DNA of 60,631 bases, filler included, from Hausera hauseri (Eukaryota): the NCBI GenBank assembly GCA_046269625.1. It is 11 parts of 11 records of this genome, joined end to end, with 100 filler letters (N's around TTAATTAATTAA, not from the genome) between each part and the next. Parts side by side here need not be neighbours in the genome. Positions count along the whole stretch, not along the records: positions 39,145 to 43,894 come from JBJURY010450357.1; positions 43,995 to 50,905 come from JBJURY010052774.1; positions 51,006 to 56,131 come from JBJURY010327161.1; 8 more parts are not named here. One strand, written 5' to 3'. The notes under the pieces were generated by a model. It had not been told where the DNA came from and did not search any database. It was given only the letters and a program-made list of their open reading frames with translations. Positions 39,145-51,199 of this stretch are shown here, in pieces; position 1 is the first letter of the stretch; each line of letters opens with the position of its first letter. A program made the translations under genes and the position numbers.

Positions 39145-39360
39145 TGTTTTGGTTTCAGTAACAGTCTTGTTGTACGTTATTTTCATACTACCTTTCAATG
39201 TCACCGGTGCGTAGGGAAAGTCAAATTCCGTCAGTGCAACCTCCCATTTTCCAACAGATAAATCCAAAGGATTGTTCCAATCTACAACGTATTCACTGGC
39301 TAAATTGTTTGGACGAGTTGTCGGACAACTGTTGCTCGGCAACACCATGTAAATACTCAT
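39145..39360 (-). CDS. Penton/minor capsid-like protein 2, N-terminus
   Basis: IYMVLPSNSC..PNN..Y..PLDL..GKWEVALTEFDFP, the Polinton/adintovirus penton N-terminal motif. Confidence 0.72.
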
Positions 39361-39501
39361 GATCTCGATGATGATGATGATTATCGTGATGATGCCAGAA
39401 TCCAGTTCGATAGAAGCCAGAAGTTGTTTACGTTCTCCACCAACGAGTACGGATTTGGTTAAATTCGTTACAATGTTGATTCGGTAAAATGCTCCATAGA
39501 G

Positions 39502-40275
39502 TTATGGTTGGTATTTGGCAACAATAGATCGTCCAACAATGCTTTGATATAATTTACGTTGTGAAAAACCCAGATTCCAAACCAATAATTCGTCAAAGGC
39601 AAAATGTGTAACATTGTGATGTACTGTAATCGAAATGCGACCATCGGCGTTTATTTCACATGTCTTTACGGCTAATGTGGCCGATTTCTTGATATATTCA
39701 CACAATTCCATTCCCGTTTCCATTAGTAAATCATGTGGTATAATATAATAGAGGAAGACGGCTTCTGACTTAGTCCACTTTACTATAATATCAGACTCCG
39801 CATCGGAAGAAAGGTCCAATGTTTCACCAATTATAACATGTCCACCTAGATGTAGACGTGTTGAGTGTACATTGACTGATTGTAAACCCCATGTCTGAGC
39901 ATTAGCTATAGATTTAAACTGCAATTTCATGGGACTTCGATGCATTAGTTTCATACGGTAGTTTGAAAAATAAGCATAAACCGAAAAATTTTCTCGAGAA
40001 TAATTGCGAAGAACATATCGGTTATTTTGTCGGATTGTCCGCAAACAACTTGAAATAGGGTACGTTTCTTGTCGGATAAAGTAAATACCACTGTTCTGAC
40101 GTATTGTCATTGGTGAAAATGGAAATGTGAATTCCGTCAAAGCCACTTCCCAGGCTCCCTGGCACAAATCGACCGGTTGATCCAAGTGCATAGTAAACTG
40201 TTTAGTACTATTATCATTGTCGTCATGTTACGATAATGATCTGTTAGTAGCAAGTACCAAGTAAAAGATGTTCAT
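39502..40275 (-). pseudogene. Penton/minor capsid-like protein 1
   Basis: MNIFYLVLATN..(in-frame stop)..DNSTKQFTMHLDQPVDLCQGAWEVALTEFTFP. Confidence 0.72.
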
Positions 40276-40276
40276 T

Positions 40277-41310
40277 GAATCTGTGGTGCAAAAATCCAAC
40301 TCGGTTCAGTGTATCCGTGCCACTTGACGAAATATTGTTTATTCAAAACTTTGCCACGTGAACGTAGAATTTACTGAATACCATATACATGGAATTTCTC
40401 GAGCAGTACCTGCAGTTTCTGTTCGCAGAATTTACTGCGTATTTCCTCACCGTTTTCATCCTCTAAAACGTATATGACAGGTGTTTGTTTTGTGTTAATT
40501 GTCGAGAAACGGAAATCCTTGTCGCTGCAATTCTGATTGAAATTTTTAATGAATGGCGTCGTGCTTATTTTCGAAATACGTACGTAAGCACCGATTTTAT
40601 ATCTTGGGCGTTTAATTGCCTATCGTTTTTAGTTTTGATAAAGCCACATGTCCAAATCATCGATTACATCAACCTGGCGCATTCCGTTAATTCCACGGAG
40701 TGTTGAATGACTGTATGCTTGCATAGTATCCGGCAGTACATCTACCCAGCGTTTTTTGCCTTGCTTCGTAAAGAATTTGTTTAAGCGACCACGCAATGTT
40801 CGATTCAATTGTTCAACAAGTGCAGCTTTGTATTATGAAAATTCCGAATAGTGGTTTACGCCGGACCGTTTCAAGACCGCTACAACGTGGGCGTTGCATA
40901 ATTACTTACCCAAATCCGTTTGTAAATGCTTCTGCTGTTGTTGTTGTATCAGCATCTGAACAGCGTCAGCAATCAGTTTACCGGATTTGGATTTCACAGC
41001 AATTGCATATGCAAAACGGCTAAACATATCAATACATGTTAGCACGTAAAGATACCCATCGTTAATGCTGGCATGCGGAATGATTTCCATTAGATCCATT
41101 TGTCATACGTTATTTACACCGGAAGCACGCTATGCGCGAGTTGGAAACCTCCTTCTTATCGGTTTGTTTAAGCTGTATGCTAACTGTTTCCCGAGCCAAC
41201 GTTGGGTCTGTGGCCGAGTCTGTTTGACAGTCTTTGCCAGTTTGTCGACGCCAGTATACCCGACGAGATGACTCAGATCGAACCACACGTTGCCCATCGT
41301 TGTCATAGAT
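40277..41310 (-). pseudogene. Polinton RVE integrase with C-terminal chromodomain
   Basis: YTGVDKL, WL..QLAYSL.KPIRRRF, QMDL, YLYVLTCIDMFSRFAYA, LQTDLGK, QYFVKWHGY. Confidence 0.88.
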
Positions 41311-41429
41311 GATGTCACTTTTGTTTGCATTGCAGAAATTTGAACGAAAAGTTAAGGAGAAATTCGGCAAACTTGGTCAAAATGATGAAAACCATGAACC
41401 CATATCGCTAAATCATCATATACTTACCG

Positions 41430-41769
41430 TCACTGTTTATAGTATGCTGCTGCAAAACCAATGTGTTCACCCAATAATGACGTGAAAATCGGTAGAATTG
41501 CACCAAGGAATCCGCCATCTTGCTGGTACATTACCTCTCGTTTCAGTCGTTTACAACTAGCGTTGGCAAGGTCAGTGAGTCGTTTTCGATACTTTAGTAA
41601 ATTCTTGCATTCCACTACCAATGTCAACGTGACCCATAACGATATTGTATAAAATTTCCATCAAATCGTTTACTACAAACTGCGGGAATAAACGTAGCAT
41701 GTTTCGCTTATGTTTCGTAGGTGCCTTGAGCAAAGCAATAAAGTATGGCTGACTACGTTTGAATCGCAT
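41430..41769 (-). pseudogene. Small Polinton protein with a GGFL amphipathic motif (frameshifted)
   Basis: LLKAPTKHKRNML..LMEILYNIVMG / QQDGGFLGAILPIFTSLLG. Confidence 0.65.
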
Positions 41770-41809
41770 ATATAACTTGGTCGGTCCAGACCGACTTCTT
41801 CTCTGTTTA

Positions 41810-43894
41810 ACAGCACCGCAACCAATCCACTGACTGCCGAAGCTTGCTGGTATACGTAACCAGCCGCTTTTCCGAGTTACATAGGCGTAAATTGAGCCGC
41901 TTTTTCAGATTCTCCACTGTTCTTCCGTACAGGGAATTGTTTTTCAACTTGTAATAGTCCTTTTCAAACTTTGTACAAGCTGTGGCTTATTTCTTCGAAT
42001 TTCCATCTATGTACGCTTTGAATATGGGAGCCTGAGCAAATCTGATTGCACGATGCAGCTGTGTGACGCGTACACCGAGCTGCATGTACAACTGTAGCAG
42101 ATGCCAATAGACCATGTAATTCAGCTTCGGTTTATGCGCCATGAGCAGTTTCTTCACTTTTGAGCCTTGCGGACATTGATTAAATGGTGCAACAGGTAAA
42201 TCGTCCAAAACGTTATTTAGTTTATATGGTACTACGAGATCGACCTCCATCAGGTATTCGATTGAGTCTGCCATGTCTACTCGTGGTAGGTTAACCATTA
42301 CGTCGTCCAGATCTTGTGTGTCAAATATTCATTCAAATGAACCGTATGGCAAGGGTTGCGAAAGCACCCAGCCGTACAGGTTATTAATATCAATATACAA
42401 CATTGATGTGGTATCGGTAGCACTGACCTGGTGCTTGTTGGCAAATGTCATGCCCCCACAAATACTAACATTAAACATTCCGTACATTTCTGGGTCTTGC
42501 AATAGCTCTATATCCCGATCCTGTGACATCAGAGCTGATACCCAACTCATTCCCGGTATGAAATAAAAGTTGAGGGGCTCCAGCCTATCTTCTGCTAACG
42601 CTTTAGCTCGAAATGTCTAAAACACGTCGGCTAACAAGTACTCGTCCAATTTCAGATTCTGAAGCATGTACTACAATAGGTTTCTGCAGCCGAGCTCTGT
42701 CCAATACGATTGTGCATTGTGATGTTCTTCTTCTGAGATACCTGGCCATTGCGGTAATAATTCGTCTGTCGTCTGGAGCCGCTCTTACAATATCGCGAAA
42801 TCATACGGGAATATGCCTTTGCTACATGCAATGTGTGGAGAACTAAGTTAATGTTAGAAGCACATCTGACAAGGCATTTACCAGCTTTACCAGAGATTTA
42901 TTGTGAAATTGCAATGAATTAAAGAAGCGTACCTGGAACCCGTTTATTCAAGCAGACAGTGACAGGTATTTTTCCATCTTAGTCGGAATTATGGAGAGTT
43001 CCCAGTGCGGAAAGCCGTTAATGGCCCGTTTGAGAATATGGTGACAGTCATAACATAGGAAATTATGAAAGATCACCGGCAGGAAAGGTCGCACTCGCCT
43101 TGCTAAATTGCATGAATTGCATAATGCTCCCAAGTATCGACTGGTGAAATGGTCGTGATCCGATACCAGCCGTTCCTGCGCATCAAACGGTATTATTTTG
43201 TGGCACAGATAGCATTAATCGGTGACATCGAAAAGCAAAGGTTGATATTCGTCTGCCCAAATCAATGGCTTATTGCAATTTTTCCGATACCACGGCGCGA
43301 TTTTCGTTGCTTCTATGGTTTACAACTGCTGCAGAAAATTACGTACACAGTTCCAACCATGGAAAACGTAATACTGCGGTTGTCCGGCGGCTTTTATTGG
43401 TACTAGCAATATACCGAGGGCAATTGAAACGTGCTTTTGATCGTATACATTGTGCCGTGGTACAATTTCTTCTATATCGGCGTACACCAAATATGCAGGA
43501 CTTTCCGCTTTTGACCAGTCACTAAATCTGAACTCCTTTTTGACTGGCATAACATACATTGTGGTTCCTGACGAAGTTTACCTGCACAGCACCGCATGCT
43601 TTTCCCATGTCTCATTTGACTGAAATCCATGCAAACACACAGGAAACCATTTGCATCCTATACGCTTTTTGATGAACTAGTCATACTCCATGTTCAACAA
43701 TCTGTCTAAATTGGTCACGACCGTGTAATGAAACTTCTCTTCATTTTCCAACAGCAACAAATTTACTAAGCGTCTAATTGGATTTCGACTGTGGCAAATT
43801 ATGTCCACGTGAGGATTCTTGTAAATTTCCTCATCCACCAGTATCTCTACAATTGTGTTAAACCGGAACATGTTGATTGCCAGTGTCCGATTAC
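41810..43894 (-). pseudogene. Protein-primed family B DNA polymerase (pPolB), C-terminally deleted
   Basis: LVYADIE, DHDHF..YLGALCNSCNL, VIFHN..YDCH, ICGG, motif A YIDINNLYG, motif B KLKNNSLYGRT. No DTDS motif C before the next gene. Confidence 0.88.
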
Positions 43895-43994
43895 NNNNNN
43901 NNNNNNNNNNNNNNNNNNNNNNNNNNNNNNNNNNNNNNTTAATTAATTAANNNNNNNNNNNNNNNNNNNNNNNNNNNNNNNNNNNNNNNNNNNN

Positions 43995-45505
43995 AAATTT
44001 TATCCGTATTTTCATATACGTTCTAGTAGCTTCATTAGTCTTGAACCAGATACATGGTTTCTTCCAATCTATGTCGTAAGCTTTCATTGTCTTGAGGTTT
44101 TCTATGTCCTTTTGTCCTTCCCTAATTTGTTGATCTAACTTAATTTTAGCCTCTCTTCCTTTCTTACTGATTCCGTAGATATCTGCTAAACTAGATTCGT
44201 CGTGCCACCATTGGGCTTGTGTCTTTGGAACATAAGAGGCGATTAAGGATAATGCTAGGATTATCTGTACGTAGGATACTGGTCTGTTAACTATGGCTGA
44301 TGTTTTTGTTTTCTTTTTGTCTTGATTTGGTTTTAGATTCTGATCTCTGGATCGTAAATTATATTGTCTGTTTGGTCTTATTTCTGTTTTAACAACTCTT
44401 TGAACGGAGATTATCTCTTCTTTTCCGTTTTTATTAATATATATAGTAGTTGGTGTGGTTCGAACAACTTCATAAGGTCCTCTTCCGGTACGAGTGAGCT
44501 TTAAGGACGTACCTTTCTTTGCTACTGGATAGTGTACGTAAACCCAATCTCCCTTTTCTAAATCATGAGGTTTGGCTTTCTTATCGTACTGTTTCTTAAA
44601 CTGTTCTTGATATTCCCTAGATACCTACTTTGCTATTTCCAACGCTTTTATAATCTCGTATGCAATACTTCAACAAATTTCTGTTCTAAATCTTCTGGAT
44701 TTAACATACACGGTGTCATGCCTAAATCCGTTGGTAATATGACATCTTGTCCATACATCATGAAAAATGATGTAAATCCAGTTGCGGGATGTGGCGTGGT
44801 ATTTATAGAAAATCAAGTTCCTTCTAAAAATTCATTTCAATCTTTTTGATCTTTTGCCATTACTGTTGACAAAATTCGTATAACTTGCATTCATTCGTTC
44901 AACAATTCCGTTACATTGAGGATAGTAAGCTGTCGCAGATAATCGTTCAATTTCAAATATTTTGATGATCATATCGAATAATTCGCTTGTAAAAATGCTT
45001 TTTCCATCTGTTAAAATCTGTTCGGGAGGTCCATATCTGCACATAATTTTTCTTACTACGGCTTCTTCCAGAGTTAGATGGTCAATAAACGTCAAAAAAT
45101 ATTACATTTGTGAGTGGTGGTTAACGGTCCTACAATATCCATGGACATTGCTTGCATTGACCTATCCGGTAAGATTATCGGTTTCAACTTAGCTATTCAA
45201 TATTGCACTTTTCTTTGTTTAGTTGCGCATACTTCACAAGCGTTCACCCAATTCTTTACATCAATATAAATGCTTGGCTAATAATATTTAATATTCTTTG
45301 TAATGTCTTTCCAAGATATGTGTCCAACTAAGTATGATTCGTGTTCGGCCGTTAGTACTTCTGTTCAGTCCTTTTGGTATAACTACTAATTTCTGTCCCT
45401 TGCGTTCGTAGTATAAAACGATTTCATGAGTATTGCCATCCTTTACGCAGTATTTACGACCGAGTCTCTGCAAATGTTTTCGTAATTGGTAGCCTTCTGG
45501 CATAA
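43995..45505 (-). pseudogene. pol: Integrase continuing in frame into a signal peptide and ectodomain
   Basis: Open frame from ~44623 to 43995: ..GRGPYEVV..RQYNLR..PVSYVQIILALSLIASYVPKTQAQWWHDES..PCIWFK. Confidence 0.88.
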
Positions 45506-45509
45506 TGTC

Positions 45510-46110
45510 TTTTTCTGTAAATTCAATAATTTAATTGGAGTTGGAGCATTATTTACTAATCTAATCATCACACGACCTGACGATACCCTCGTTAATACAT
45601 TACTGAGTATGATGTTTGGATTCAGCGTTTCTTTTGGTTCGAAATACACTGGCTGATCATCGTTTTGACGAATCTCTGTTCTGGGTGGGATATTTGCATC
45701 CACTGGAATCCATACTTCTCCGGATTTTCTATCTTTGATGATTTTTACTCCTTTTATTGGTCAAAGTTCTATTAATTTTCCTGCATAAAAATCTATTGCT
45801 CCATTTGGTAACTGTGTCAGTAAATCGTATCCTAATATTACATCGTCAGTTAACTGTTCCATTATTGAGAATTCATGATGAAATGATAATCCCATCATGT
45901 GAATTTCAGGATTCCATCTGTATTTACATCTCGATAACTGGCCAAAAGTTCCAGTTTTTCCTGGTCTGCTGCTGGTAGCAGATACAGTTGTTTTCGTAGC
46001 ATTTGTGGTATCGAGTCGTGTTTGATCAGTGATATTTCAGATCCTGTACCGATTACTACAGAGACCTCCCAGTCTTCAATATGAATTTTAGAGAAAGGTC
46101 TTCCTTCTAT
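45510..46110 (-). pseudogene. Aspartic protease plus dUTPase-like spacer
   Basis: GRPFSKIHIEDWEVSVVIGTGSEISLIK; IPPRTE..YFEP..IRLVNNAPT, matching copy A. Confidence 0.85.
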
Positions 46111-46789
46111 TGTGCCATAACAATTTGGTAAATCTTTAGTGCTTAATTACTGATAATTTATACCCATTTCTGGAATTGTAACTGGTTCATCAATTAATTG
46201 CCTCAATTCTCCATTCGGATACAATTCATTATTTACATAATTGACCGTCTCTGTTTCTTGACTTCTAATTATTGTTTGTGGTTCTTGACTTTTGAAAGTT
46301 TGCATTTCTTGGTCTCTTGACAATGTTGATCTGGTTTCATTGGCTCCATGTATTTTTGTAAAATATAGTATTCTATGGTCATCAAATGAATGGTGTCTGT
46401 GCGGTGCAGATGTACTTCTTGTTTCACGCATTTTCGTAATACACCATAGTGTTTCGTTCCTTCATAAGGATCATCAAAATTAAATGGTTTTCTAGATTTC
46501 CGTTTAATATGAACTCGCTGATCGTTTGTCACAATATTCATATGCTGGTGCAGTTGGAGGTAACATAGGCAATGGTGGTTTTATGACGGAATATGCTTTG
46601 TCTGTTTATTCTGGAAACGGCATCTCTTATCTTAGGCTAGTCAAAATCTGAATTATTTCTTCGCGTTTTTAGATTAATAAATTTTCGTCCGTAATTAAAG
46701 GTGGGTCTTTTCCGTCGTTTACGATTATAGTAGCCAAAATGTCCTTCTACATCGTTTTTCCATCTACTTTCTTCGTAGACCTTTAAAAA

Positions 46790-48500
46790 TTTACCGAAAG
46801 GTGTTATGATCGCAGTTAAAAATTTGCACGAAAATCGTATCAGCGTAAATGTCTCACTCATTTATGATTGGTTGAATTACTGCTTTGACTGATTGTACTA
46901 GAAAATATATTGGTAGAAATCCAGATGCGGCTTGTCAAGAAATTAGGAATCTTCCCACAATTTTATAAGGTTTCTGTAGTCACTCTTCGGTAGTGCTTAG
47001 TATCAAGTAACGATTCCCATTTTGCTTGATACCGTGTGCCTTCTAATACTGTATACATCGCTCTGTTTATGTTGACGTTGGAAAGCTAGAAACTGTCTAA
47101 TTGCTTAGACTTCTTTTGGTCTATAAATACTTTTAGTTGCAGTGTCATGGAATTTGTCATCTGTCATTCCTTTCACTAAGTTAGTTTCTGTCAATATACT
47201 GGGCGGAGTGGTTATACCTTCGTTCGGTAAACTCATCCATTCCGTTTCGTTACGTGTGAACATAGGTACTCCTCAGCTTGCTTTGCATTCTTTTAGGACT
47301 GTTGGTTCAGTCTAATTTGCCAAGACAGCTCCAGTAAGTGGCATTTCCAACCTTGGTGTATTTTGGTATAAAACCGGAAGTTCTTCTATACATCTCTTCT
47401 ACATTGATCGGAACATCTCATCACATTAGCAAGTTAGGAAAACTTCACCGGTGACTCAACCAAAAATGCCTTCTTCCATTGGAATTATTGGTGATGCTAA
47501 CTCAATATTGGCATATATCAAGTCTAGTTTAGTTCTCATAATTTCCATATCCAGTTTACAGTCGTCCGTTACCATTTTGTGATACAATTCGATTATTCTG
47601 GCTTGTTCTTTGTAATAGAAGTAATCATCTACTTTTCAAATAATCGTCGATTCGTACGTCGTGTCAAGTTTGAAAATTTTAGAATCTAATTCTTTTTCGG
47701 TTACAAAGAATGCTTCGTAATTAGTGACATACATTATAACAGCGCATCGTGAACACAGCCTTATTGATAAATTTTAACCCATGAGCATCCGATACTAAAA
47801 TAGTTTCCATAGATTGCACTACCACATCCTCTCGCGATCTCATTGCCATCTGCCTTATTTAAATATCTTTTCCTTGAAGTTTCGTTAAATGTTAATTCTT
47901 TAATTTTAATAAAGTTTCAATCTGTTTTTAGAAGGTTGTTCCCATACTATAATCGAAATTCTAAAAGCACAAGTGCCGTCTTATATATGGCATTTCTCAT
48001 TTTCATTGTAGAGCTTAGTAAAACTATGGAACATCGCTTGCTGCGTTCGCATGTGGGTCTCGTAGAAATTAACTACTACTACACCCTCTTCTTTTCCTTT
48101 TCCAGTATCGTATTCAGCTCCAGTACATAGTCCTGTGTGCATGTATAATTTTCAAAGCGCTCCTTTGAATGATCTAATTATTTTTCCTTAATGCAATTCC
48201 AGTTCCATACCTTTCCATGCTAATCTACCAGTTTCTTTAGCTTGTTTACAGTGCTGTCTTTCCAAATTCATTGGGATCGGCTGAATGTTTGGCTTTATTA
48301 AATGCATGAATGTCCATGCATTTGTCCACAATGGAAAATACTACGAGATCTAGGTAACATACATTCTATTCCGAATTCATCTAATACTCTACCTCTAAAA
48401 TAGAGTCGATAATTTACGTCACTTTTAGCATCGTTATTATCCATTGTTTTACATCTCTAACAGATGAAGCCGTTGTGCACTCACATTCTTTCTCATCCAT
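46790..48500 (-). pseudogene. env: Chuvirus-G/herpes-gB-like class III fusion glycoprotein (env-like)
   Basis: Colinear motifs: SVRDVKQ(C); ECML.RSRSIFHCG.MHGH; ERQHCK; GLCTGAEY..GVVVV; IVWEQP; MYVTNYEAFFV; ELYHKMVTDDCKL; GIFG.VTGEV; CIEELPVLY; ATKSIY..RQFLAF; membrane region QAASGFL.IYFLVQ..FSCKFLTAII. Confidence 0.85.
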
Positions 48501-50359
48501 CCACTCGGATGACACCTTTACTTTTAACGCCACATCGGGTTTAGCCCTCAAGATTTTAGCATCTTTTATTAAGAGTTTTGGCACAGCACTATAAATCGTG
48601 TTTTCGCTAGATAATTTAGTTTAAGTATGAATAAATCGTCTTAACGTATTTTCAGCGAAATTTACGTTAATAAGTTCAATTAAATGTCTCTCAGTTAGCG
48701 CTGGATCCAGAATAATTTCTACACTGAATCTTCGATTCTGTGGGTACATATTTGTTTCATACAGGTGTACTGAAGTTTTCGGATTTCCGTCGATCATTGA
48801 ATTCAAATATGCATCCCATTCTGGATCGTTTTCGTTTTCTGGAGTTACATTGTCAATTAATTGCGTATCTGATTGTCGTGTTACGTCTACGTTTTATGCC
48901 ATCTCTCTTCGCATAATTTCTGATAAAATTCAAGCATTAGAATTGTCCGGAAACAGATTCCAGTCCCACAAACACCATGTAACAAGTTCAACAACTGATA
49001 GTTCATCTTCTTGGATGATTCCTTTTTCTGTGCAATTGGTTAATTCGGATATTACTTCATATTGCCATCTTTGTACAAACTCTGATTTGTTGGCCATTTC
49101 TGATTCAGTGAGAGCTTATTTATTCCTGTAGACTTCCACGTCTTTGACAAATTTCTATTTTTCTTTCGTCCATACGAATTTGGGTTTTCTGAGTATGACG
49201 TATCAGGCTTTGTAGCTGTCTCATTTTCTCATCGTTAACTTCGGCTATTTCTACTAATAACAACTTTAACCTGCTCATTTTCTTTAACGATTTGGCGTCA
49301 GGGTTGATTTTTTCAATCAATTTTTTTATAAAACTAGTTTCTGCGAAAGTGAGTTGATGGTCTTCCACTATTTCTATTAATTCGTCATGCTATTTTTAAT
49401 CTGATCCAGGCATCCATCTAGATGGATTTTGCAGAAATTTAACACGTCTGCAAAAGAGTTCTAGTAATCCGAACAAATCTCTAATATCTTACATTCTTGT
49501 GTTGTGATCTCGTTTATGGGTTTTACCGTTAGATTCTGTATTCCTTCTAGATGAAAATTCCTAATTATTGGATAAAGGTCACAAGTTCTACTTCGCCTTG
49601 TTGAGAAGTTTAATTCCAGTCATTTGGTAGATTTCACGTAACAACGATGTCTCGTTTTTGCTCATTCAGATGCATTCGTATACCTATTTCTGTTCTCAAT
49701 GTCTAAATTTCGCATAATTTCGTTTATTTCCTGTTTCAGGGTCGACTGGACATATGGATATTCTTTCATACGCTTAAGAATTCGTCGGTTTAATTCGGTC
49801 AATAGATCATACCATTCCTTCAATTGGTTATCAATTACCGGTTTGATCACTTGCTCTATCTAGCATTTTGTGACAGTCTTTTAACCTGTCATCTGGACCT
49901 TCTATAAGACCCATAATTTGTTTGACAAAGTTAAACTCATTTTTATATTCATCGAATTCCAGAATACAAGCTTCAATTATAGCTTTTGTGTCGTCATTGT
50001 TTAAGTTCATTATTCGGTTCCTTATGCAATAAATTTCCGACCACTTGCCATTTTCTTCCTCGATGTGAGTTTCGATATTCCCATATGGCTTAGGTTCAGT
50101 AAACGCAATTCACATCATCGCCATCAGAGGTGGGATATCTACCGCATCAATACTCAATATTTTCAAGTTAGTTTCGTTTCGCGAATCAAACGGTTTCTCT
50201 TACAGGTAGGTAACTATATCATATCTTGCCGCACTCAGCAATTTGTTCGGATTACCGTTTACTCGCTTTGATTGTGGATTTTCTAACGTGGGTATTAACT
50301 CGAGCCTTAGTTATTTTCTCACCAATGTGATCCCAGTCTTGGTTCATGATTCTGGAAGA

Positions 50360-50905
50360 TTAGTTCCACTTTTTATCCAGATTTAATTCAGTTTTCCAAT
50401 TCTCTATCAAGTCAATTGACTCGCCCAATTTTTCTTCATTGAATGACATTAATTTCGTGTACATTCTTTCAGTGAACTGCTGTTCCTTGCCAGAAATATC
50501 CACTTCTAATATCATTTCGAAATCTTGAGCTAACTGCAAAGTTTTATCAAAGTTTTCTGGTCGAGCTAAAATAAAATGTTTTAATAAATCGCTAGACCAA
50601 ATACCATTAATTAGTTGCGTCGTCTTCATGACGTCTAAATCAAGGAGTTGCTTTTCTGCGCAACTACATTAACTAATCTTAAAGTATTCACATAACTATT
50701 TGCAAGCTTCTTTAATGCAAATGCAAACTGGGTTACCGATTCACCCTTCTGTTACATTCTAATCTGAAAAGCAAAGTTTTTGTTGCGAGGTCACCGTCGG
50801 TAATAATTTTCGACTTAAAACTCCTACCAGGGAAGACCAAGATTTCTTCTCATCGTTAGTGAGTTCACTATAGGCATCAGCAGCCAAATTTTTCAAATAT
50901 AATGA
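50360..50905 (-). pseudogene. gag: Retrotransposon Gag (capsid) domain
   Basis: YLKNLAADAYSELTNDEKKSWSSLV..; GESVTQFAFALKKLA; QLINGIWS..PENFDKTLQLAQDFE. Confidence 0.8.
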
Positions 50906-51199
50906 NNNNNNNNNNNNNNNNNNNNNNNNNNNNNNNNNNNNNNNNNNNNTTAATTAATTAANNNNNNNNNNNNNNNNNNNNNNNNNNNNNNNNNNNNNNN
51001 NNNNNTTTTTCGGTTAGTGCTATTGATCCTATTTTCGGTATATACGAAGCAATTAATGACAAGGCGAGTATTACCTGTGCATAGGATATCGGTCCGGTTA
51101 CTATCGTCGACATATTCTTGTTTTTCTTTGAAGGATTTATACTTTCTTTACTCAAACGCAGGTTGTAGCGCTTGTTTGGTCTTATTTCCGTTCTAACTA

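Larger units (their letters stand above)
39145..43894 (-). mobile_element. Decayed Polinton/Maverick (adintovirus-like) element
   Basis: pPolB, small GGFL ORF, RVE integrase with chromodomain and two penton-like ORFs, all on the minus strand. Confidence 0.9.
43995..50905 (-). mobile_element. Large Gypsy element, copy I (gag, unknown region, G, PR, RT/RH deletion, IN, signal peptide)
   Basis: Continuous contig that shows the gene order from gag to the post-IN ectodomain. Confidence 0.92.

Noticed and set aside
39145-50905. Composite Polinton-Gypsy element
   Set aside because: H and I are separated by a linker, so their adjacency carries no information. The same applies to every cross-contig neighbourhood.
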